A stretch of 53,378 nucleotides of DNA from an uncultured Clostridia bacterium (GTDB taxonomy: Bacteria > Bacillota > Clostridia > TANB77 > CAG-508), in assembly GCA_947627415.1 (NCBI GenBank), contig CANQVU010000002.1:1-53378 (forward strand), read 5' to 3'. This document shows positions 19,389-29,530 of the stretch, in pieces (position 1 is the stretch's first letter; every line of letters starts with the position of its first letter). The position numbers and the translations under genes are program-made. Below the pieces are notes generated by a model that was not told where the DNA came from, made no database searches, and saw nothing but the letters and a program-made list of their open reading frames with translations.

Positions 19389-20402
19389 CTAGTTAATTTT
19401 ATTTTCTATTGATATTGCATGAGCAATGCCAGGAATAGATTCACCTTGTTGGCTAGAAGTAGCATTTGTTAGTGCTCCAGTTGCTACAAGAAGTACTTTA
19501 TTTAATTTCTTTTGCTTCAATTGATTAAATAAATATCCTGAAAAAATTGTTCCACAACATGCACATCCAGAACCGCCAGAGTGAGTGTCTTGTTTTTCTT
19601 TATCAAAAATCATTACTCCACAATCATTATAATTGTTTTTTATATTATATCCTTTGGTTTGACATAGTTCAGTTGCTATTTCTTTTCCTATATATCCTAA
19701 ATCTCCGGAAAATATTCCATCATAATAACTTGGATTTCTATTAGTATCTTTAAAATGAGTTAAAAGTGTGTCTACAAATGCAGGCGCCATAGCAGCTCCC
19801 ATATTATTTGCATCTTTTATTCCCATATCTACGATTTTTCCAGTTGTTATACTTGTTATATATGGGCCATCACCATTTTTAGATACTATTGCTGAACCTG
19901 CTCCAGTTACGGTCCATTGAGAGGAAGGTGGCCTTTGATTACCAAGTTCTAAAGGAAATCTAAATTGCTTTTCTGCACTACAAAAATGACTAGATGCTGC
20001 TGCTATAATATTTTCTGCTCCACCGCCATCAATAAAAACAGATGCTAAACTTAAGGCTTCTACAAAGGTTGAACAGGCTCCAAATATTCCAAAAAAAGGA
20101 ACATTTAATTCTCTTAAACCAAAACTAGAGGATATACACTGATTTAGTAAATCTCCAGCGAAGCAATAATCGATTTTGTCTGCAGGAAGTTTTGATTTAA
20201 TAATACTAGAATTCACAGTTTCTCTTATTATTTTACTTTCTGCCTTCTCCCAAGTTTTTTCTCCCCAAAATTCATCTTCTAAGCATTTATCAAAATATTT
20301 GGCCATTGGTCCTTCTGCTTCTTTGGGACCAACTATAGATGCAGTTTCAAGTATAGTTACAGGATTGTCAAATTTAATACTTTGTGATCCTATTTTTTTC
20401 AT
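19389..20402 (-). CDS. spoVAD: stage V sporulation protein AD
   Basis: 337 aa, thiolase/KAS-III-like fold typical of SpoVAD (FGIFGACSTF, GGSGCACCG). Confidence 0.9.
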   Translation of the reverse strand: MKKIGSQSIKFDNPVTILETASIVGPKEAEGPMAKYFDKCLEDEFWGEKTWEKAESKIIRETVNSSIIKSKLPADKIDYCFAGDLLNQCISSSFGLRELNVPFFGIFGACSTFVEALSLASVFIDGGGAENIIAAASSHFCSAEKQFRFPLELGNQRPPSSQWTVTGAGSAIVSKNGDGPYITSITTGKIVDMGIKDANNMGAAMAPAFVDTLLTHFKDTNRNPSYYDGIFSGDLGYIGKEIATELCQTKGYNIKNNYNDCGVMIFDKEKQDTHSGGSGCACCGTIFSGYLFNQLKQKKLNKVLLVATGALTNATSSQQGESIPGIAHAISIENKIN

Positions 20403-20423
20403 AAAATCTCCTTTCTGCTAGAT

Positions 20424-20534
20424 AAATTGTTACTTGTGTGATGGGAATTCTAGGGACTGTCCCTAAAAATCACCAGTTTTGGGGATTTTTGGGACTGTCC
20501 TGAATTCCCCTCACACAAACAAATTACAATTTAT
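20424..20534 (+). repeat. MITE-like intergenic repeat, copy D (forward)
   Basis: AAATTGTTACTTGTGTGATGGGAATTCTAGGGACTGTCCCTAAAAATCACCAGTTTTGGGGATTTTTGGGACTGTCCTGAATTCCCC...ACAATTTAT. Confidence 0.85.
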
Positions 20535-20557
20535 ATAAATATAAAATAATTAAAATG

Positions 20558-21022
20558 TTATACTAATGTTATAGTTTGAGTATTAAATATTAAATATACT
20601 ATTCCTACAAGAATAGAGGTAGAAATGCCATACACTAATACTGGGCCAGCAACTGTAAACATTTTAGCTCCAACTCCCATAACATATCCTTCTGACTTAT
20701 ATTCCATAGCAGGAGATACAATTGAATTTGCAAATCCTGTAATAGGAACAAGTGAACCTGCACCAGCAAATTTACCAATCTTATTAAATATGTTAAGAGC
20801 TGTTAAAAATGCACTTAAAAATATTAATATAATTGAAGTTATAGTTGCACTAATTTCATTATCTAAACCTCTATATTTGCAAATTTCCATTATAAATTGT
20901 CCAATGGTGCAAATTAATCCTCCAACCCAGAATGCATTAAAACAATTTTTAATTATTGGTGAATTTGGTGATTTTTGATTAACATATTCCTGATATTCTT
21001 TTTGAGTATTAATAGGTTTCAT
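20558..21022 (-). CDS. spoVAC: stage V sporulation protein AC
   Basis: FWVGGLICTIGQF and PITGFANS motifs, 154 aa. Confidence 0.9.
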   Translation of the reverse strand: MKPINTQKEYQEYVNQKSPNSPIIKNCFNAFWVGGLICTIGQFIMEICKYRGLDNEISATITSIILIFLSAFLTALNIFNKIGKFAGAGSLVPITGFANSIVSPAMEYKSEGYVMGVGAKMFTVAGPVLVYGISTSILVGIVYLIFNTQTITLV

Positions 21023-21024
21023 TA

Positions 21025-21252
21025 TTAATTCTCCTTTCTATTATCCCTAGTTTCATCAATTGTAAAAGATAAATCAATTGTGGAATAATATTCAATTATT
21101 TTGTTTCCATCTATTTTTGCTTTTTGTTCTAACACAGTAACAGATGAGATGTAATCAATACTTTTAGATGCCTCTATAATTGTTTTATTTATAGCATCCT
21201 TCCATGATATATCTGATATACCAGTTAACTTTAAATGTTTTTCTACTGTCAT
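21025..21252 (-). CDS. dodecin-family small protein
   Basis: MTVEKHLKLTGISDISWKDAINKTIIEASKSI..IEYYSTIDLSF. ATG 21252 follows GGAGG. Confidence 0.55.
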   Translation of the reverse strand: MTVEKHLKLTGISDISWKDAINKTIIEASKSIDYISSVTVLEQKAKIDGNKIIEYYSTIDLSFTIDETRDNRKEN

Positions 21253-21542
21253 ATATAAAAACCTCCATTTGAACAAATTTATGCCCTAATAATGTGATGA
21301 TTTTATATTTTCCAAAATTACTAAAAATATGCAAAAAAATAAAAATAAAAATATATTACATTTTTATTACATTTAAATTACAAATACATCAAATATATTG
21401 ACTTTTTATTAATTTAATATAGAATATTAATGTAAAAAATATTATACTTGAATATTTTGACAAAATATGAGAAATGTTCAAGTATTAAATATATAAAAAA
21501 ATGTAAAATATAAAAGAAAAATAAAAAACTAAGGAGAAAATA

Positions 21543-23183
21543 ATGGCAAGCTGTTTAGGATTATATATAGAAAGCAATATAATTAAATATGCAAAAGTTG
21601 CTAAGGAACGTGATAATTTTAAAGTTGAAGCATTTGGTATGAAATTTTATGATAATGTTAGTGATGCAGTTAAACAAATTGTAAACGAGACATATAGTTA
21701 TAAAACGCCAATTAGTATAAACTTATCACACGAGCAATATACTTATTCAGATCTTTTTAGTTTACTTAATCAAAAGGACTTAAATAAGGCAGTAAAAACT
21801 GAGTTCGAATATTTTTGTAATGAAAATCATAAAAACAACAATGCATTAGAATATAGAAATTTGTTAATACCTAATTTAGATGATAAAGATAAAGTAACAA
21901 GTTTATATGCGTATACAGAAAAAGCTGACATAGAAGAAAAACTTCAAATTTTATCTGGGTCTAGAGTAAATAATATATCTCCATTGCCAATTAGTATAAC
22001 AAATTTAATTCGTAGAACTGATAAAAACAACAAGATAATTGTAAATATAGAAGGAAAAACTTCAGTAACATTTATAGTTAACGGTAAAATTCATAAGGTG
22101 GATTTAATAGATATAGGCATGAAGGAAATCTTTGATAACATTATTATGAAAGAAAATTCTTATGCTAAAGCCTATGAAATTTGTAAAAATACTACAATTT
22201 ACACAACTCAAGGCAGAAATCTTCAGGTTGAAGAAAATGAGTATATGGAAGATATAATGCCAGTGTTGTATAAAATAATAGAAGAACTAAACAAGATTAT
22301 TATAGATAGCAAGATAGAAGTAAATGAAATATATATAACAGGTTTAGCTGCCGCAATTAATAATATTGATTTATATTTTCAAGAAAATTTCATTAATATG
22401 AAATGTGAAATATTGTCACCATTCTTTATTGAAAAATCTAATATAAAGTTAAATATAAGAGATTATATCGAAGTGAATTCTGCAATAGCTTTAGCTTTAC
22501 AAGGATTAGGAATTGGCAATAAAGAAATAAACTTCAAAAATATAGGGAAATTAGATCAAATAGCTCAACTATTAACTATGGAAATAGGAAGTTCATCAAA
22601 TAAAAAAAGTGCAAATCCAAATATAATGAACAAATTAAAGGATATGTTCAAAACAGATTTTGAAAAAGGATTAGATGTAATTGAAATAAATATGATTAGA
22701 TTTGCAGCAGGGATATTTATTTTACTAATAGTATATGTAGCTTTTTCAAATATACTTATAAGTCAAATAAATAAAAAAGATGAAGAAATTGAAAGTTTTA
22801 TTTCAGATTCTAAAAAACAAATAGCGGAAATATCAAACAACACAAGACTTATTAATGAAAGAAGAGAACAATATGATTCTATGATAGAAAAAATAAATGA
22901 AGCCAATGATAAACTTACACAAAGCTATGCAAAGAAAAATGTTCTTCCAAATTTCTTGACAGAAATAATGTTTAACATACCAAAAGAAGTAAAATTGACC
23001 TCAATAGAAAATACAACTGGAAAAGTAGTAAAAATAGAGGCTCAATCAAAAGAATACGAACAACTAGGATATTTTATAGCTAAGATAAAAAATGAAGGTA
23101 TTCTAACAGATGTAACTGCTACATCTGGAGAAAGACAAGGAGAGTTTATATTAATTACTATAGAAGGTAATTTACCATATTAA
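21543..23183 (+). CDS. pilM: type IV pilus assembly protein: PilM (actin-like) fused to a TM segment plus a PilN-like C-terminus
   Basis: N-terminal LGLYIESNIIKYAKV PilM signature, a TM helix near residue 390, a coiled-coil and PilN-like tail, and the pilus cluster context. Confidence 0.7.
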   Translation: MASCLGLYIESNIIKYAKVAKERDNFKVEAFGMKFYDNVSDAVKQIVNETYSYKTPISINLSHEQYTYSDLFSLLNQKDLNKAVKTEFEYFCNENHKNNNALEYRNLLIPNLDDKDKVTSLYAYTEKADIEEKLQILSGSRVNNISPLPISITNLIRRTDKNNKIIVNIEGKTSVTFIVNGKIHKVDLIDIGMKEIFDNIIMKENSYAKAYEICKNTTIYTTQGRNLQVEENEYMEDIMPVLYKIIEELNKIIIDSKIEVNEIYITGLAAAINNIDLYFQENFINMKCEILSPFFIEKSNIKLNIRDYIEVNSAIALALQGLGIGNKEINFKNIGKLDQIAQLLTMEIGSSSNKKSANPNIMNKLKDMFKTDFEKGLDVIEINMIRFAAGIFILLIVYVAFSNILISQINKKDEEIESFISDSKKQIAEISNNTRLINERREQYDSMIEKINEANDKLTQSYAKKNVLPNFLTEIMFNIPKEVKLTSIENTTGKVVKIEAQSKEYEQLGYFIAKIKNEGILTDVTATSGERQGEFILITIEGNLPY

Positions 23184-23207
23184 GGATAAACATAGAAGGA
23201 GAGTATC

Positions 23208-23912
23208 GTGAAAAAAATATTAATATCGATTTTAATTGTATTATTATTAATTTTAGTTTGTTTTGCTATTGCAAAGGGTATTAACTTTTTAAATATAAGA
23301 GGTGTTAACCATATAAAAACTGCAGATACAAAATTAGAAAATGACTTTAATGAAGCAAATGAACTTTCAAATAAAACTTATCCATCTGAAGTCGAAGGAT
23401 TAGAAGATGCTATAAAAAAACTAAAGATTAGTAAGCAAGATTATGATAATAAAAATGTAAATAATGCAGAAAAAAATTCTATTGGAACTGTTGAAGTTAA
23501 AACATATAAGATACATTATTTATGGACAATACTTGGAAATTACAGAAAAGATAGAAGTGTACAGTCATTAAATTTAGGCCTAAAATCTACACAAACTGAA
23601 GATGTTTATGATCTACAATTTACTTTATTAGGAAGTTATACAAGTATAACTGATTTTCTATATGATATAGAAAATGATGAAGAATTAAATTTCGAAATTA
23701 AAGATTTCGTAATTTCATCACAAGTAGATACTAATACGCAAACAAATAATACAAATTCAAATAATAATATTTTGAATAATACAGAAGATAGTGGTAACAA
23801 TACATCAACATCAAATCAGACAAATAATACTCAATCAGCAACCACTAAAAATGATGGAATAATCCTACAAGCTAAATTTACCGTAGAGAATATAGGAATT
23901 ACTTTAGATTAA
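23208..23912 (+). CDS. PilO-like membrane protein with an N/T/S-rich tail
   Basis: Single N-terminal TM helix, position after pilM/N, GTG start after GGAGAG. Confidence 0.45.
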   Translation: MKKILISILIVLLLILVCFAIAKGINFLNIRGVNHIKTADTKLENDFNEANELSNKTYPSEVEGLEDAIKKLKISKQDYDNKNVNNAEKNSIGTVEVKTYKIHYLWTILGNYRKDRSVQSLNLGLKSTQTEDVYDLQFTLLGSYTSITDFLYDIENDEELNFEIKDFVISSQVDTNTQTNNTNSNNNILNNTEDSGNNTSTSNQTNNTQSATTKNDGIILQAKFTVENIGITLD

Positions 23913-23927
23913 TAATGGAGGGAAACA

Positions 23928-24368
23928 ATGGCAAAGTCAATTATTAAAGAATTAGGAATAGTTATATTACTCTTGATAGCAATATCATTAATACTAGCTA
24001 TAGTCTTTTATGATTATATTCCAAACAGTAAAACAGTTCCAATTAAAATTCAAGCATATAACATTCCAGAAGATATAAAAAAAGAATTAGAAGATTCTAC
24101 TATGGGACAAGATAACATTGTGAAAACATACTATATTGATAGCACAGATTTAAATGCATATGAATCTACAAAAGATTATAACAAAGGAAAAGCAAATCCT
24201 TTTGCAGATTATACAACAACTACTTCAGAATCTACAAATACAAACAATTCAACACAAAATAGTACAAATAGCACAAGAAACAACACAGTAGATAATAATT
24301 CTAATGATGATGAAAACTATTCAAATGACAATGAAGTATATATTACTACACCTGGTAAAAACTATTGA
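23928..24368 (+). CDS. membrane-anchored low-complexity (N/T/S-rich) protein of the pilus cluster
   Basis: N-terminal TM helix, RBS GGAGGG. Confidence 0.4.
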   Translation: MAKSIIKELGIVILLLIAISLILAIVFYDYIPNSKTVPIKIQAYNIPEDIKKELEDSTMGQDNIVKTYYIDSTDLNAYESTKDYNKGKANPFADYTTTTSESTNTNNSTQNSTNSTRNNTVDNNSNDDENYSNDNEVYITTPGKNY

Positions 24369-24423
24369 TATTATTTATTTTAAATAATATATATAAAATT
24401 AAAAAAGAGGAGGGAAACAAAAG

Positions 24424-24672
24424 ATGAAAAGTGAAAAAGGTATTACATTAGTTGCTTTAGTAATAACTATTATTGTAATGTTAATATTAGTAGGTGTTTC
24501 TATTACAGTAGCATTAAATGGAGGATTATTTACAAAAGCTAGAGAAGCAAGAGATAATACTGCTACTGAAAGAGACTTAGAAAAAGAAATGTCTAATGGG
24601 CTAGTAAACTACAACGGAAAAATGCAACCAATAAATGATATTGTTAATGGTGCTGCAGATGCTACTGATTAA
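24424..24672 (+). CDS. short prepilin-like protein (82 aa)
   Basis: MKSEKG|ITLVALVITIIVMLILVG is a class III signal-like N-terminus, but residue +5 is Ala instead of Glu. Confidence 0.6.
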   Translation: MKSEKGITLVALVITIIVMLILVGVSITVALNGGLFTKAREARDNTATERDLEKEMSNGLVNYNGKMQPINDIVNGAADATD

Positions 24673-24718
24673 TAATTATTATTTATTTTAGAAATTTTCA
24701 ATTTTATAAATTTGCATA

Positions 24719-25573
24719 ATGGGCATATGCATTATATGGATGTATATGCCTAAAATACTATTTACTAAAGGAGCAGTAAATATATTGGAAATAATAATAT
24801 ATCTTTTAATTTTTATAATAGGTACACTTTTTGGTAGTTTTTTTTCACTTGCTGTATACAGAATACCAATAAAAGAAAGTATAATGCATGGTAGATCATA
24901 TTGCACAAAATGTAATCATAAATTAGGATTTCTTGACTTAATACCAGTATTAAGTTATATTTGCCTTGGAGGAAAATGCAGATATTGTAAGGAAAAAATA
25001 AGAGGAAGATACATATATTTAGAACTTATTTCCGGAATAGTATTTCTACTATTTAGTTTATCCTTAAAGGTTAATATTTACGAATTTCAAATTGAAAAAA
25101 TAATGTATCTTGTTTTTGGAATATTATTTATATCTAGCTTATTTATTATAGGTGGAATTGAAAAAGAAAATCATAACATATCAAATTCTGTCTTATTATT
25201 TGGATTAATAATAGAAACAATATATATAATATATTTATATGTATTAAAAATTAATATATATAGATATGTCATATATTTATTTATAATGCTAATATTAATA
25301 TTAATAAATACAATAAAATTAAAACTCAAAGGTAAAGAATCTTATCCAATTCAAATTTTGATATTATGCTCATATATATCAATTTTTATTAGAGAGGAAT
25401 TAGTTATTTTAAGCATAATATTTACATTATTATTAGTAGCAATAAAACAGATGATATTAAATATAAATAGTAGGAAAGAAATTATAGAAACAAAAAATGA
25501 CAATATTAGTATTGGGTTCTATCTATGTTTTATTAATATATTTATGATAATACTACAAAACTACATTTTTTAA
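24719..25573 (+). CDS. pilD: prepilin peptidase PilD-like (A24 family), start uncertain
   Basis: N-terminal Cys-rich domain CTKCNH..CRYCKEKI followed by a polytopic membrane domain. Confidence 0.65.
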   Translation: MGICIIWMYMPKILFTKGAVNILEIIIYLLIFIIGTLFGSFFSLAVYRIPIKESIMHGRSYCTKCNHKLGFLDLIPVLSYICLGGKCRYCKEKIRGRYIYLELISGIVFLLFSLSLKVNIYEFQIEKIMYLVFGILFISSLFIIGGIEKENHNISNSVLLFGLIIETIYIIYLYVLKINIYRYVIYLFIMLILILINTIKLKLKGKESYPIQILILCSYISIFIREELVILSIIFTLLLVAIKQMILNINSRKEIIETKNDNISIGFYLCFINIFMIILQNYIF

Positions 25574-25584
25574 GGGGATATATT

Positions 25585-26541
25585 ATGAAAAATAAAAAGT
25601 TAAAACAAGAAAAAGGGTTTGCTGGTTCAGATGCATTAATTGCAATTTTAATTATTTCACTATTTGCGGGTCTAATTGCAACGATTTCATACAATATATA
25701 TTTATCTAATAGCTCTATAAAAAGAATGAGTAAAGCTACAGAATACATCGTAGACATGTTTGAATATATAGATAAAGCATATTATGATGAAGTAACAAAG
25801 GAAAATTTGACAAAATATTTTAATGACAAGTACTATTATCAAGAAGATGGAGTTACAGTTAAATCAGATCCAGAAGTAAAAATTCAAGAGCAAGAAGAAG
25901 AAGTTAATACTCCTTTTAAAGCTCAAATAAATATAGTAAAATTTAATGAAACAGAAGGAAATAAAGATAAATTAGATTTAGTGGAAGAAATAACAATGAC
26001 TATAAGTTATAAATTAGGGAATAAAGATCAAAGAATAGAAATGAAGAAAACAAAAACTAGAGAAAATTTAGAAACTCCAAATGCACCTGATTTAGCGTTA
26101 TTAGAATTGGAAGAAGGAAATAAAATATATCCAATAAAAAAAACAAATAATACATGGAAAGTTTGTAATCAAGATGACACTGGATGGTACAATTATGAGA
26201 TAGGAAACTGGGCATTAATTATAGAAACAGATAAAGAATTAAAAATAGATGATGAGGTAGATACAAAAAATTTATCGGCAAATGAAAAAATATATGCATG
26301 GATTCCAAGATATGCATATGATAGCACGAATAAAAAATTAATATTTTTATTTAGTAATAGTAACAAATATATAGATGAAATAGACGGATATAATGATGTA
26401 GTAGAAATAGATAAATCTTTATATACAATACCAAACGATTTTTCAAATAGTCAAGGAGAATATATAGGTAAATGGGTAAATGAATCTAGCGAAGAAATAT
26501 ATCAGATTTTAAATAATGTATATCCATTGGAAAACGATTAA
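25585..26541 (+). CDS. pilin-like or minor pilin protein
   Basis: KQEKG|FAGSDALIAILIISLFAG has an acidic residue at +5. Confidence 0.5.
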   Translation: MKNKKLKQEKGFAGSDALIAILIISLFAGLIATISYNIYLSNSSIKRMSKATEYIVDMFEYIDKAYYDEVTKENLTKYFNDKYYYQEDGVTVKSDPEVKIQEQEEEVNTPFKAQINIVKFNETEGNKDKLDLVEEITMTISYKLGNKDQRIEMKKTKTRENLETPNAPDLALLELEEGNKIYPIKKTNNTWKVCNQDDTGWYNYEIGNWALIIETDKELKIDDEVDTKNLSANEKIYAWIPRYAYDSTNKKLIFLFSNSNKYIDEIDGYNDVVEIDKSLYTIPNDFSNSQGEYIGKWVNESSEEIYQILNNVYPLEND

Positions 26542-26749
26542 ATGGTAATTTTATGTAAAAACACAAAAAATATATGAAAATTAGAATAAATATATTATAA
26601 TAAAAATATGATAAAATTTTTAAATTAAGAGTAAAAACAATACTAAAATAATAGATTCATCATTACAGATAGCTTATATAGTGATTTATAAGAATCAATG
26701 TAATAATGATTCAAAATTTGTTTTACAAGTCTTGAAGGAGGAAAATGAT

Positions 26750-28378
26750 ATGGACAGCAAAAGAAGAGGACCAATAGGTATAGAATTGGTTAGAAGAGGA
26801 TTGGTTAATGAAGAAGATATTAATAAAGCTTTAGACTACCAAAAAAGTAATCCTAATATGAAAATAATAGAGATAATACACCAACTAAATTTATGTGATG
26901 AATATGTTCTAATTGAAGCTTTAGGAGATATTTTAGATGAAAAATCAATTATATTAGATAAATCTAATATAAATTTAAATGTTTGGGATTATATTTCAAT
27001 AGACATTGCAAAGCAGAATAAAGCAATTCCTTTTGATATAACAGGTAATAAAATTAAAGTATGTTTTTCTGACACATTAGATAGAAAGGCTGTAGATACA
27101 GTTAGGTTAATACTTTTGAATAAAGGCCTAATAATGGAAAGATACATCACATTTGAAAAAAATATAAATGATATTTTAGAGTCTTTAGAAGGAAGTGCAA
27201 CAGATAATATTAATTCTAGTACAGATACAACAGGACTTGTCGATACAATAATAAAAACAGCAATTAAAAAAAGAGCAAGTGACATACATATAGAACCATT
27301 AGAAAATGAAGTAAGAGTAAGATACAGAGTGGATGGAGAGCTAATAGATGCTGTAAAAATTCCAAAACAAAAGCAATCTCAAATTATAGGAAGACTAAAA
27401 GCTATTTCAAATATGTATCAAGAAAAGCAAGAATCACAAGATGGTAGAATCATACTGTATCCAGATTATAATATACGTGTATCATCACAAAAAAATATAT
27501 ATGGAGAAAAATTTGTGCTAAGATTATTAAAGAAAAATCTTAATATTAGAGGACTTACAGATTTGGGATTTCCAAATGATGTTCAACTTATAAGGTCAAG
27601 CTTTAATAAAAGAAATAGTATTACAATAATTGCAGCACCAACAGGTGAAGGAAAAACAACAACTTTATATAGTATAATTGATTATCTAGACAGACCAGAA
27701 ATAAATATTACAACAATTGAAGATCCAGTGGAAATTCGTATACCAGGATTAAATCAAATTGAAATAAATGAAAAATTAAGATTTTCTGATTCTTTAAGAA
27801 CAGTTTTAAGACAAGATCCAGATATAATATTATTAGGAGAAATAAGAGATAGGGAAACTGCTGAAATAGCATTTCAAGCAGGACAAACTGGACATCATGT
27901 ATTATCCACAATACATACTATAGATTCAATAGAAGTCATAACAAGACTTAGAAAAATGGGTATATCAAATTATGATATTTCAAGCACAGTAGGAACATTA
28001 GTATCACAAAGATTAATAAGAAAGTTATGCAAAAAATGCGCTAAACAAAGAGAATTTACAGATGAAGAGAAAAAATTAATAGAGCAAATTGGAGAAAAAT
28101 ACAATGTTAAATTTGATTTAGAAGGAAAATATACATATGATGCAGTAGGATGTAAAGAATGTAATAATAGTGGATATTATGAGAGGACAGGAATTTTTGA
28201 GGTTTTATCAGTACAAGACAATATAAGAGAATTAATAGTAAATGATGCATCTAGCATAGAAATTAGAAAAGAAGCATTAAAGGGTAGTTATAAACCACTA
28301 TTAGTAGATGGAATTAATAAAGTAATAAATGGAGTTACAAATTTAAGTGAAATAGATAGAAAATTAATAATATATTAA
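26750..28378 (+). CDS. pilB: type IV pilus assembly ATPase PilB (GspE family)
   Basis: Walker A APTGEGKTT, Asp and His boxes, C-terminal CxxC..CxxC. ATG 26750 follows GGAGG. Confidence 0.9.
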   Translation: MDSKRRGPIGIELVRRGLVNEEDINKALDYQKSNPNMKIIEIIHQLNLCDEYVLIEALGDILDEKSIILDKSNINLNVWDYISIDIAKQNKAIPFDITGNKIKVCFSDTLDRKAVDTVRLILLNKGLIMERYITFEKNINDILESLEGSATDNINSSTDTTGLVDTIIKTAIKKRASDIHIEPLENEVRVRYRVDGELIDAVKIPKQKQSQIIGRLKAISNMYQEKQESQDGRIILYPDYNIRVSSQKNIYGEKFVLRLLKKNLNIRGLTDLGFPNDVQLIRSSFNKRNSITIIAAPTGEGKTTTLYSIIDYLDRPEINITTIEDPVEIRIPGLNQIEINEKLRFSDSLRTVLRQDPDIILLGEIRDRETAEIAFQAGQTGHHVLSTIHTIDSIEVITRLRKMGISNYDISSTVGTLVSQRLIRKLCKKCAKQREFTDEEKKLIEQIGEKYNVKFDLEGKYTYDAVGCKECNNSGYYERTGIFEVLSVQDNIRELIVNDASSIEIRKEALKGSYKPLLVDGINKVINGVTNLSEIDRKLIIY

Positions 28379-28403
28379 GTATTATATTTTGAGGAGGAAA
28401 ATA

Positions 28404-29501
28404 ATGTTAAATATCAATAAAGTACTAGATATTGCAATAGAAAAAAATGCATCAGATGTGCATCTAATATACGGTTTAAGACCCATAATGAGAATCGCAA
28501 GAGAACTAAAAGAGGTAGAAGGTGAAGATGTAATCGGGGAATCTGAATTATATGAGGCTTATGATTATTTCGTGAGAGGTAATGTAGATAAAGATGAAAC
28601 ATATAAAGAAACAAAAAGATTAGACACATCATTCGAGTATGAAGATGTTAGATTAAGAGTAAATATATCATCAGCAGACGATATGCCTATTTTCACATTA
28701 AGAATTATAAAAAATAGTTTACCTAAGTTTGAAGAACTAGGAGTTCCAGATATAGTGAGACGTATGACATATCAACCTCAAGGATTGATATTGGTAACGG
28801 GGAAGACAAACTCTGGTAAAACTACAACATTAAATGCATTGATAAACGAAATAAATGAAACTCAAAATAAGAAGATTTTGACATTAGAGAAACCTATAGA
28901 ATATAAGCATACATGTAAAAAATCAATAATAGTACAAAAAGAAGTTGGAAAAGGCGGAGATATATCTAATTTCAGGGATGGCGTAAAGAATTCATTAAGA
29001 GAAGATTGTGATATATTGGTAATTGGAGAGATAAGAGATAAGGAAACAATGGAAGCAGCAATAGATATGGCAGAATCTGGACATTTAGTAATTGGAACAT
29101 TACATACAAAATCTTGTGCTGAAACAATTGATAGAATGATAAACTTTTATGAAGTAAGAGATCAATCGAGCATAAAATATTTAATGTCTTCATTATTAAA
29201 ACTTGTTATATCTCAAAGACTTTTAAAAGGAGTTGATGGAAATCTTGTATTGTTGCCAGAAGTAATGTTAGTTGACAATGTAGTTGCAGGATGTATTAGA
29301 AAAGAAAAATTTAGCGTTGCGGAATTAGAAGATGCAATTCAGGGAAATATAGATAAAGGAAATGTTAGTCTTATAAATTCAATAGCAAAATTGTTTGTTG
29401 AGGAAAAAATAACTTTAGAACAAGCAAAGTCACAAATTGAGGAAAAAAATATTGAAACATTAAATAGAACAATTATGCAAATGAAAATAAAAAGAGGATA
29501 A
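28404..29501 (+). CDS. pilT: twitching-motility retraction ATPase PilT
   Basis: ASDVHL, Walker A GKTNSGKTTT, GEIRD..HLVIGTLHT. Confidence 0.9.
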   Translation: MLNINKVLDIAIEKNASDVHLIYGLRPIMRIARELKEVEGEDVIGESELYEAYDYFVRGNVDKDETYKETKRLDTSFEYEDVRLRVNISSADDMPIFTLRIIKNSLPKFEELGVPDIVRRMTYQPQGLILVTGKTNSGKTTTLNALINEINETQNKKILTLEKPIEYKHTCKKSIIVQKEVGKGGDISNFRDGVKNSLREDCDILVIGEIRDKETMEAAIDMAESGHLVIGTLHTKSCAETIDRMINFYEVRDQSSIKYLMSSLLKLVISQRLLKGVDGNLVLLPEVMLVDNVVAGCIRKEKFSVAELEDAIQGNIDKGNVSLINSIAKLFVEEKITLEQAKSQIEEKNIETLNRTIMQMKIKRG

Positions 29502-29530
29502 ATAACAAGGAGAAATGGAGGATTTTTATA

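Noticed and set aside
21277-21542. A riboswitch (for example c-di-GMP) upstream of the type IV pilus cluster
   Set aside because: The 265-bp spacer is almost pure A/T with no conserved GC-paired helices. Only promoter-like hexamers are visible.
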